The notes under the pieces are model-generated. The model saw nothing but the letters and a program-made list of their open reading frames with translations, was not told where the DNA came from and did no database searches. A stretch of 26,295 nt of DNA from a virus (Duplodnaviria; Caudoviricetes), in the IMG/VR virus record IMGVR_UViG_3300032237_000052, positions 1-26,295 of that record. The stretch is one strand, 5' to 3'. The translations under genes and the position numbers were made by a program. This document shows positions 6,182 to 14,549 of this stretch, piece by piece (position 1 is the stretch's first letter; each line of letters opens with the position of its first letter).

Positions 6182-8692
6182 ATGGCTAATAAGATGGTTG
6201 CCAACATCAAGTCGTTATCCGACGGTGTAACTGGCTTAACCAAACACATCAACGAACTGTACGCTGCCCTTGCAAAAGTAAACACTGTTGCAGGAAAGAC
6301 TCTCAAGGATGCCAAGAGTGCGGTAAATACCGTTGGTGGTGCCATGAATCTTGGTAAGGCTTCTACCCGTGTTGGTACTGGAGCAGATGGCGCTAACTTC
6401 GCACAGCCTGCTATTGGAGGTGGGGGCAACCTCATCTCTAGAAGCATGAGCAAGTTCAGTGCGTTTGCACAAAGCCCTGGAGGTCAAGCAGCCACCATAG
6501 GTGCAGGAATGGGTTTCTCTATTGCTGCTGGTGCTTATGCTGCTACACCTGATGCCTCTTTAACTCTTCAACGCTCTGTTGGGTACTACCAAGCAGGACT
6601 TCGTTCTCCAGGAATTAACCGCAATCAATTAGAGCGTGCAACATTTAGCGCTATGGGTGGCGGATTATCTAGCGTTGGATCAGATTCAATTGTTGCTGCG
6701 ATGCTTGCTGGCCGTGGTTATACGCCAGGAAGTGCTAACTATAAGCAGGCAGTCTCACAAGTAGGTGGAGCCTATAGATACTTAGGTATGGAAAATGCTG
6801 CTGCAACGCAAGCAATTGCTGGATTCCAAACAGGTGCAATGGGTGCAAACTTATTCCAATACGGAATTACAACAACAACTGCTGGTGGTAAAGAAAAAAC
6901 CACAGGTGAAATTGCTAAAGAGTTAATGAACTATATGACTGGTGGAGCAAAAGTCTCTGCTGAAGATGTGCGTCGTTCATACCAGAAAGGTGCTCTTGGA
7001 GCCAACCTCTCTACAATGGGCTTTGATGCTGCACAGCAGGAGATCTTGTACCAGTCAATGATTGATATTGCATCAGGTCGTAATCCTGATCTGTCTAAAG
7101 CAAAGCCAATGGCAGGAAATGAAAACACCGCTCTTACTGCTGCTGGTCGTATGGCTTCCTCACAAACATCATTGATGACTAAAGCAGAAAACTCAATGAT
7201 TAAAGGATTTGAAAATGCTGCAGATACAGTCGAAGCATTTAACCGTGCACTGTCTAATGTGGTTGAACCTTTGGGACAATTAAAAGGTTACCTAAGTGGA
7301 GTTGGAGGATCAAACTTAGGTAAAGGTAGTGGTACTACTAGTACTTTAATTGCTGGATTACTAAAAAAGGCTGCAGGAGTATCACTGATTGCTGGTGCTG
7401 GTGCAAGTGAAATTTTTAGTCTTGGTCTTTCTACTCCAGCATCCGCAGCCGCTGCAGTTGCAGGTACAGCATTATTGACAAGCGGTGGTGGAGGAACAAC
7501 AGGTTACGGTGCCTCATTTGGAGTTAGTAACCGTGGTCGTACTGGTGGTTCAAGCCCCGTTGCAGGAGCACCTGTAAGTGCTGGATACGGAGCAACTGAT
7601 AACTCAGGAGTTTGGGCGTCAACAGGTGGAACACACACAGGTATGGATTACGCTGTTGCAAAGGGAACTCCAGTAACAGTTGCTTATGCTGATGGCGTCG
7701 TATCTCAAGTAGACATCAATTCAGATTATGGAACATCAGTGATGATTGATCACGCTGATGGCACACAGACAATCTATGGACACCTTAGTGAACGTTTTGT
7801 AAAAGTTGGAGACGCTGTAAAACTTGGTCAACGAATTGGTAAATCTGGTGAGTCTGGAAATGCTAATGGTCCTCATCTACACTTTGAAATGCGTAAAGGA
7901 AAAAATAACCCAGTAGACCCAAGCAAATATGTATCTGGCGGATCTACGAATGCACTTCTCAACCTTGCATACGCAAGTATTCTTCCAACTTCTGCAGATA
8001 TAACAGATCCAAAACCAAGTTCTTCTAGTAACAATACTGCTTCTTCTAATTCTTCCAAACCATATGTTGGTTCTGGAAATTATCCAAAAACTGCTTTAGA
8101 TGATATTACTTTAAAAACTACTTTAACTAATGCTGGTTTTTCTGGTCAAGGGTTAGAAAATGCTATGAAAATTGCTAGAGCAGAATCTGGTGGTCGTCCT
8201 AGTGCGTTAAACCCAAATGCTTCAACAGGCGATTATTCTATGGGCTTATTTCAAATCAATATGATTGGTGACTTAGGTAAAAAAAGAAACGAACAATACT
8301 TAAAAGAGTATGGATCTATAGGTTACACAGGGCCAGAAAGCCTTTACGATCCAATGATTAATTCCAAAATTGCTTATGCAATTTCTAAAGGAGGAACTAA
8401 ATGGAGTAATGCGTGGGTAAACAGCGCAAAGAAAGTAGGAGTTGGTGGAGGAACCTCTGGGTATGGTGCGTCTATACCAACTACACCAACTACACCAACT
8501 ACACCAACTACACCAACAGCATTGACTACAGCAAGTATGCCTACCACCACCGCAGTTACTCACGGAAATAAAACAGTAAATGTTACTTTAAAAATTGAAC
8601 GTGCTACAGAACAAGAGGCTATGAAGTTTGCTAAATTAATAAAAACATACCTTGATAACGATAACGAAATCTCTAGAATGGGAAGTTCATAA
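6182..8692 (+). CDS. tape measure protein with C-terminal M23 peptidase and lytic transglycosylase domains
   Basis: A/G-rich helical N-terminal half; M23 motifs HTGMD, YGHL, HLHFE; SLT-like motifs RAESGG, GLFQIN, LYDPMIN. Confidence 0.88.
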   Translation: MANKMVANIKSLSDGVTGLTKHINELYAALAKVNTVAGKTLKDAKSAVNTVGGAMNLGKASTRVGTGADGANFAQPAIGGGGNLISRSMSKFSAFAQSPGGQAATIGAGMGFSIAAGAYAATPDASLTLQRSVGYYQAGLRSPGINRNQLERATFSAMGGGLSSVGSDSIVAAMLAGRGYTPGSANYKQAVSQVGGAYRYLGMENAAATQAIAGFQTGAMGANLFQYGITTTTAGGKEKTTGEIAKELMNYMTGGAKVSAEDVRRSYQKGALGANLSTMGFDAAQQEILYQSMIDIASGRNPDLSKAKPMAGNENTALTAAGRMASSQTSLMTKAENSMIKGFENAADTVEAFNRALSNVVEPLGQLKGYLSGVGGSNLGKGSGTTSTLIAGLLKKAAGVSLIAGAGASEIFSLGLSTPASAAAAVAGTALLTSGGGGTTGYGASFGVSNRGRTGGSSPVAGAPVSAGYGATDNSGVWASTGGTHTGMDYAVAKGTPVTVAYADGVVSQVDINSDYGTSVMIDHADGTQTIYGHLSERFVKVGDAVKLGQRIGKSGESGNANGPHLHFEMRKGKNNPVDPSKYVSGGSTNALLNLAYASILPTSADITDPKPSSSSNNTASSNSSKPYVGSGNYPKTALDDITLKTTLTNAGFSGQGLENAMKIARAESGGRPSALNPNASTGDYSMGLFQINMIGDLGKKRNEQYLKEYGSIGYTGPESLYDPMINSKIAYAISKGGTKWSNAWVNSAKKVGVGGGTSGYGASIPTTPTTPTTPTTPTALTTASMPTTTAVTHGNKTVNVTLKIERATEQEAMKFAKLIKTYLDNDNEISRMGSS
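8477..8518 (+). repeat. 9-bp tandem repeat (CCAACTACA)x4 plus a partial copy, encoding a PTT linker
   Basis: Read directly from the sequence. Confidence 0.95.
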
Positions 8693-10074
8693 TGAGTACT
8701 CAAGGAAAATTTTCAAACTCTATAGAAACTTCTATTTCTACTATCATCAGTAATGCACGACAAAAAGAAGCAAAGGCAAAGGCTAAGACTGACTCTATCA
8801 GAACATTAGGTGAGTCAATTAACCGTATTGTAAGCAAAACCATAAGGCCTGCTACTGATGCATTAACACAAGCAGAAAAAGATAAGAACTATGTTACTGT
8901 ATTACAGAATGCTTACAAGAGAACACATTCAAATGCATCTAATCCTGCTTTAACCGCACAGTTAAAGATTGCACAAACTAAAATTGACAAACAAACATCT
9001 ATTTTAAATGGTGCAAATGCACAAATTGACACAATAAATAAAAAAATAACAAATTTAGGTGGAAAAAAAATAACAAAAGTAGGAAAGATAACTGTAGGTA
9101 CAACAAAACCTCCTATATCTGCTCCTGCACCACAAGGACAAAAATTGGCTTTTTCTAAAGATTATAAGTACAACGCTCCAATGGTTAAGTCTGCTTACTT
9201 TGGATTGGATAGTATTCAAAGCAAATCTTTAGATAAAAATCAAATTGATCAAGGAAATTACCAAGATGCGGTTCAGGCTTGGAAGGGCGTTCAAGGTGGA
9301 CGTGGAACTATTCAAATGGATAGAAAGTTTATCCAATTATTTGACTTATCAGATCCAACCGCTAAATTTGATTTACAAAAATATGGATTTAAGTTTTTGT
9401 ATAACCCAACAACTGTAAGTATGGCATGGGGCCTTATGTCACAAATGGACCCAGTATTTGAAGCGCAAGGACTTGATAAATTTCAAGTAGCATCTGCTGG
9501 GCTCCTTTCTAGCACTATTACTTTTGAGTTGATGTTGAATCGTATTGCTGATTTTGATTATTTAAATGAAAAAGGTTTAAAGTCTGGAACTTCTCCGAAC
9601 ATAGCCGCTATCGATGCCAACTTAGATCCAGCACAAAGAATGCGTATGTATAACTCTATGTATGCAGCCTCAAATCCTTATCCAGAAACAATATCTATTG
9701 AAGATCAGCAAGAGATATATCGTAAAGGAACTATGCACGATATTGAGTATTTATTACGAACTATAAACGGACCAAATGGTGATTTTAAATCTGCTTTAAA
9801 TGGGACCACTTCTGATCGTGGATGGATGCGTCCAACAATTGTAGAATTACATTTAGGTAATGCAATGCGTTATCGAGTTCGTATTGCAAATCTTGCTGTT
9901 AACCACATCATGTTTAATAATAGAATGGTTCCAATCTTATCTAAGGTAGAATTAACTTGTTCAAGATTTAATGATGGGCCTACGGCAACTTCAACTGGTG
10001 GTTCTTTAAGTTCAAGTTCTATTGATAAAACAGCAACACACTATACAGACCCTGTTCCAGGATATGGAATTTAA
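8692..10074 (+). CDS. tail tube initiator/baseplate protein with N-terminal coiled-coil extension
   Basis: FKFLYNPTTVS and FNNRMVPI motifs typical of tube-like initiators; position after the tape measure. Confidence 0.6.
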   Translation: MSTQGKFSNSIETSISTIISNARQKEAKAKAKTDSIRTLGESINRIVSKTIRPATDALTQAEKDKNYVTVLQNAYKRTHSNASNPALTAQLKIAQTKIDKQTSILNGANAQIDTINKKITNLGGKKITKVGKITVGTTKPPISAPAPQGQKLAFSKDYKYNAPMVKSAYFGLDSIQSKSLDKNQIDQGNYQDAVQAWKGVQGGRGTIQMDRKFIQLFDLSDPTAKFDLQKYGFKFLYNPTTVSMAWGLMSQMDPVFEAQGLDKFQVASAGLLSSTITFELMLNRIADFDYLNEKGLKSGTSPNIAAIDANLDPAQRMRMYNSMYAASNPYPETISIEDQQEIYRKGTMHDIEYLLRTINGPNGDFKSALNGTTSDRGWMRPTIVELHLGNAMRYRVRIANLAVNHIMFNNRMVPILSKVELTCSRFNDGPTATSTGGSLSSSSIDKTATHYTDPVPGYGI

Positions 10075-10076
10075 CT

Positions 10077-10352
10077 ATGATATTTCTTGATAGCCGATAT
10101 GTTGATGGCACAATTTACAAAGCCTACGATGCAAGAAACGGTTCATATCAATTAACTGTTTCTCGTAAGTTTCCTTCTTATACAACTTCTTTTTTTAATT
10201 ATGATTGGGTAGAGACAGATCGTTTAGACGATCTTGCTTTGCAATTTTTAGGATCATCAGATTTGTGGTGGCAAATCCTTGATTTAAACCCAGAAGTTTT
10301 AGACCCATTTTCTATTGCTCCTGGAACTCAAATAAGGATTCCTCGTGAATAG
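10077..10352 (+). CDS. LysM/tail-X-like baseplate wedge protein
   Basis: DRLDDLALQFLGSSDLWWQILDLNP...PGTQIRIP. Confidence 0.85.
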   Translation: MIFLDSRYVDGTIYKAYDARNGSYQLTVSRKFPSYTTSFFNYDWVETDRLDDLALQFLGSSDLWWQILDLNPEVLDPFSIAPGTQIRIPRE

Positions 10353-11598
10353 AGCAATCCAAAGTAGAACTGGTTCCAAATTTAAAGTTATTTTTCCTAA
10401 CTTTCCATCTTGGTCTGTTACACCTCAGAGTGTAAAAATCTATCAGGAGACTGGTAAACAAGACATTGTTGAACTTACCTATCCTCGGTTTAGTGACTTT
10501 TACTTGAAGTCTTTAAAAACAGGTGTTCCTGTAGAAATAAAATGGAGCAACGATAAGACCTCTGAGACTTTCTATGGTTATGTTTATGATGGTCTAAATA
10601 CTGTAAATCAAAGTTTTTCTCGACCAACAGTGATTCGTTGTATTGGAGCATCGCTTTCTTTAAAAGAAGGTGGGACTAAAATTTGGAAGGGTAAAACTGC
10701 ACCAGATATCGTTACAGAAATTGCAAAAAGCCTAAAATTAAAACCATTTGTAACTCCTCATAAGATGATATTTAGTCAACAATCTTTGGCTGGCCATACT
10801 CGTTGGGAGAAGGTGCAGGAACTTGCATCCCGCCTTGGGTATGTAGCACATATGAACAAGACTGAACTTCACTTTCATCCGATCGATAAGATGATTGATA
10901 AATTTATGACCACTATTCCTGTTATGTCTTTTAATCAATGGTCTGGAAATCCATACTCAGAAGTACTATCACAGACTCTAGATGTATTTAAGCCACGTCT
11001 TGGAGACCTTTCTGACAGCCGTGTCTTTGCCAGAAAAGAAAAGAGTCTTTCAGGTGTCGACCCTGTAACAGGTAAGTCTTACACGGTTACATCTTCTCCT
11101 AATAAAGTTGGTAAAGGACTTCGCAAAAATACAAGAGATCCATTATTTAAAGAGACATTACCTGGCGCTATAACAGCAAGTCCCGCTATGGCTCAGACCA
11201 TCGTAGATGCTCATGCCCAATTAGCAAGATTCTCCATCTACGCAGAGGGATCAGGTCAGGGAGATCCTCGTATTGCTCCTTACCGAACCATTGAGGTGAG
11301 CGGTACAGGCGATTCAACAGACGGCTTTTGGGTTATAAAACGAGCCATGCATTTCTTAACATTTGATGGGCGTTACCAAGTTGACTTCACCTGCATGACC
11401 GATGGAGTAGGAAAAAATAAGTCAAGCGCTACTCGTCCAGCACAAGCGGGATTAGTACCCGTACGAAATGTTCAACAAGAGTTAGCAACAGGTGCTCCAA
11501 GTAGCCCAACATACTCTAAACTTAATGCTCCAGCGCCTTTGATAACTGCAGAGGCAGGTGGGTTTAAAGTGACGCCAACTAGATGGGTAGGTAGATAA
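10345..11598 (+). CDS. baseplate hub protein (P2 gpD/T4 gp27-like)
   Basis: Size, position, QQ..HTRWE..QELASRLGY and C-terminal GDPRI...G...GFWVI...H motifs. Confidence 0.8.
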   Translation: MNRAIQSRTGSKFKVIFPNFPSWSVTPQSVKIYQETGKQDIVELTYPRFSDFYLKSLKTGVPVEIKWSNDKTSETFYGYVYDGLNTVNQSFSRPTVIRCIGASLSLKEGGTKIWKGKTAPDIVTEIAKSLKLKPFVTPHKMIFSQQSLAGHTRWEKVQELASRLGYVAHMNKTELHFHPIDKMIDKFMTTIPVMSFNQWSGNPYSEVLSQTLDVFKPRLGDLSDSRVFARKEKSLSGVDPVTGKSYTVTSSPNKVGKGLRKNTRDPLFKETLPGAITASPAMAQTIVDAHAQLARFSIYAEGSGQGDPRIAPYRTIEVSGTGDSTDGFWVIKRAMHFLTFDGRYQVDFTCMTDGVGKNKSSATRPAQAGLVPVRNVQQELATGAPSSPTYSKLNAPAPLITAEAGGFKVTPTRWVGR

Positions 11599-11999
11599 TG
11601 GCTGAAAAAACTATTGCATTGCCGTTTTCTATTGACCCCTACGGCAAAGTTACAGTGACTAGCGACCAGTCTAAAATATGGGCTGATCGTGTTCGTTCGG
11701 TGATGGGTACGTTCTTACGTGAGCGAGTAATGCGTCCTGAATTTGGAACAGACATCCCGTATTCAGTGTTTAATACTCAAGAAGCCGCTCAACAAGAAAT
11801 TTCAACAGAGACTGCTCAAGCCTTCAACCAACATCTTCCATTGCTTACTCTTGATTCTGTTAACAGTTCTTTTGATTCATACTCAGGAGTTATCAATGTA
11901 ACAATTACCTATAAACTACCTAACGACATCGTAGTTGATACGACTATAGGTATCTTGACTGTAAGAGGAAACATTCCACCGTATGAGGAGAACCTATGA
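11598..11999 (+). CDS. baseplate wedge/sheath initiator (gp25/GPW family)
   Basis: ERVMRPEFGT motif. Confidence 0.9.
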   Translation: MAEKTIALPFSIDPYGKVTVTSDQSKIWADRVRSVMGTFLRERVMRPEFGTDIPYSVFNTQEAAQQEISTETAQAFNQHLPLLTLDSVNSSFDSYSGVINVTITYKLPNDIVVDTTIGILTVRGNIPPYEENL

Positions 12000-13552
12000 G
12001 CGTAACGCCACCATCTAATATCCCTGTATCAATTGACTACACAGGGCGAGATTACTATGCAATTCGTTCCGAATTAATTGCACGTATTCAAAGCCGTATT
12101 CCTGAATGGACTGCCTCAGATCCAGCAGATTTTGGTGTAGCACTTGTCGAAGCATTTGCTTACATGGGAGATCTCATGTCCTACTACATTGATCGTAATG
12201 CAAATGAGTCATTCATAAATACAGCCGTACAACGACAAAGCGTATTAAACATTGCACAAACCTACGGTTATATTCCTGCTGGTTACCGTCAATCCTATAC
12301 ATCACTTACATTTACAAACACTTCAAATACAGAAGTTACTATTCCTGCTGGAACTATTGTTTCAGGTGATGTAGTTGTTGGGGATACTGTTGAGACTGTT
12401 TATTTTACAACAGCCGCTGATGTAACAATTATAGAACAAGTCGATGAAACGGCAGGAACAAACGACACAACTGCTTACCATGGGCGTTCTGTTATCTTAG
12501 TTTCTGATAATTCTACAATTAATGGTGAACTAATAGGGACCTCAACAGGGTTACCTAACATGACTTTTGAATTGGGAGAAACACCTGTTGTAGATGGGTC
12601 TATTGAGTTGTATGTACAAGATGGAGATGTGTTCTCTAAGTGGTCTCAGGTACAACATCTGCTTGATTACGGTCCAACCGATCTTGTCTTTAGTATTTAC
12701 TTAGATGAAAACAACATTGTTTATGCAACATTTGGTGATGGTGTATCTGGAGTTATTCCTACTACTTACTCAGAAATTCGTGCAAAATATACGGTTGGTG
12801 GAGGAGAGGTTGGAAATGTAATTCCAGATACACTGACTACACTATTCTACGTTCCTGGGTTAACAGACAGTCAAACAACTGCTCTTCAAAGCGCTATTAC
12901 TGTCACCAACACAACCACTGCAATAGGTGGATCAGATCCAGAAACTACTGATCAAATAAGAATTTCAGCACCTCTATCTTTGCGTGCTAATAACAGAGCA
13001 GTAACATTGCAAGACTATGCAGACTTATCTCTAGCGGTAAGCGGTATTGGAAAGGCAAGTGCGTCTGCTTCTGTGTGGACTTCAGTTACTGTTTACATTG
13101 CTCCAAGCCGTAGTGCTACAGACACAGACCCTCAACCAGGTCTTGACTCTTTGGGAGATCCTTCTCTTGAGTTTGATCGTCTTCAATCAGATGTTGAAAC
13201 TTATCTATCAGACAAAATTTTACTAGGAACAACTGTAACTATTCAACCTCCTACATATGTAGATGCAATCATTACAATTCAGTACACAAAACTTCCTCAA
13301 TATACAACCACTGAAATTGAAACTGCTATTAAAGTCAAGTTGTTAACTGAGTTTGGATATACGGGAGTAAACTTTCAAGACACTATATACCCACAAGATA
13401 TTGAATTTTCACTAGCACAAGTTCCAGGGGTAAAAGTTGCACGAGTGACTGTACTTCACCGTCAAGGTGGCAGTGGGTTAAATACGCTTACTGGTACTGC
13501 AGAAGAAATCTTCCGATTTACTGAAGCAAACATTAGTATAGGCGCTATCTAG
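11996..13552 (+). CDS. baseplate J/gp6-like wedge protein
   Basis: IDYTGRDY, DFGVALVEAFAY, FGDGVSG, GGSDPET and RAVTLQDY motifs. Confidence 0.93.
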   Translation: MSVTPPSNIPVSIDYTGRDYYAIRSELIARIQSRIPEWTASDPADFGVALVEAFAYMGDLMSYYIDRNANESFINTAVQRQSVLNIAQTYGYIPAGYRQSYTSLTFTNTSNTEVTIPAGTIVSGDVVVGDTVETVYFTTAADVTIIEQVDETAGTNDTTAYHGRSVILVSDNSTINGELIGTSTGLPNMTFELGETPVVDGSIELYVQDGDVFSKWSQVQHLLDYGPTDLVFSIYLDENNIVYATFGDGVSGVIPTTYSEIRAKYTVGGGEVGNVIPDTLTTLFYVPGLTDSQTTALQSAITVTNTTTAIGGSDPETTDQIRISAPLSLRANNRAVTLQDYADLSLAVSGIGKASASASVWTSVTVYIAPSRSATDTDPQPGLDSLGDPSLEFDRLQSDVETYLSDKILLGTTVTIQPPTYVDAIITIQYTKLPQYTTTEIETAIKVKLLTEFGYTGVNFQDTIYPQDIEFSLAQVPGVKVARVTVLHRQGGSGLNTLTGTAEEIFRFTEANISIGAI

Positions 13553-14031
13553 TGGACCCAATCAAACGACTGCACGGTGTTTATCGTGGAGTAGTTAAAG
13601 ACAACAGAGACCCGCAGAACCAACGTCGACTACAGGTGCAGGTTCAGACTACTGGTAACGAAGTCACCGACTGGGCTTGGCCCATGGAACCTTCCAGTAT
13701 CCATACTGCTGTACCTGTTATTGGTCAAGGTGTCTGGGTATCTTATGTTGGTGGAGACCCTGAGTATCCAATATGGTCTGGAGCCTTTGGTAAAAACCAA
13801 GGTAAAAATAAACAAATATTTATTAAACCATTGGCTGACTCTGTATCTTTAACAGGATTAACACCATACCTAAAGACCATTAAACAAACAGATGGAACAA
13901 CAGAAGTTGATTTAACAGCAACCATTGTTGCTATGGCGCAAAAGTTAAAAGATCACGAGACTCGCATCACTTCTTTGGAAGCGCAAATTGTTCAAAAAGC
14001 AAGTATAAGCCACAGTCACCCAGGACTTTAG
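13552..14031 (+). CDS. baseplate spike protein (gp5/gpV OB-fold)
   Basis: YRGVVKDNRDP...WAWP...P.IGQGVWV...GGDPEYPIW.G OB-fold; C-terminal coiled coil and HSH. Confidence 0.85.
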   Translation: MDPIKRLHGVYRGVVKDNRDPQNQRRLQVQVQTTGNEVTDWAWPMEPSSIHTAVPVIGQGVWVSYVGGDPEYPIWSGAFGKNQGKNKQIFIKPLADSVSLTGLTPYLKTIKQTDGTTEVDLTATIVAMAQKLKDHETRITSLEAQIVQKASISHSHPGL

Positions 14032-14090
14032 CAAGTAAATAAAGGTTAAACCAGAGAAAATAGACCAACAGGTCTGAAAGGAAGTACAGC

Positions 14091-14540
14091 GTGACAGCAT
14101 CATACCCCGCAGCGGTTAAGTCTTTTATCACAAAAGTTGACTTTACCGATACTGTCCTTGCCGAACATGTAAATAGCCTTCAAGACGAAGTAAACACTAT
14201 TGAAGCAAACCTAGGAACTTATGTTAAAACAGGTTCTGGTTGGGTTGGATCTTTTGACCAAGTCACAACTTCTTGGAACACACTTAAAGATCGTCTTGCA
14301 AATATTGAGTATGGACTTAACGATGTTTGGAACGCAGTACCTGTAGGAGGTTCAACGGGTCAAGTTCTTACAAAAACTTCTGGAACTGACTACGCAACAC
14401 AATGGTCAACAATTAACGCTCTTCCTTCACAGTCAGGAAATAACGGTAAGTATCTAACTACTGATGGATCAACAGCATCTTGGACAACAGTAACTACTGG
14501 CGCAGATTCAATTAGCGCTTTTCTACTTGCTGGCTGTTAG
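14091..14540 (+). CDS. short tail-fibre-like virion protein
   Basis: AEHVNSLQDEV helical N-terminus; GGSTGQVLTKTSGTDY and LPSQSGNNGKYLTTDG fibre-type repeats; GAAAGGAAG SD. Confidence 0.6.
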   Translation: MTASYPAAVKSFITKVDFTDTVLAEHVNSLQDEVNTIEANLGTYVKTGSGWVGSFDQVTTSWNTLKDRLANIEYGLNDVWNAVPVGGSTGQVLTKTSGTDYATQWSTINALPSQSGNNGKYLTTDGSTASWTTVTTGADSISAFLLAGC

Positions 14541-14549
14541 GATTAAACC

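Noticed and set aside
8477-8518. CRISPR-like or iteron array
   Set aside because: No spacers; it is an in-frame coding microsatellite.
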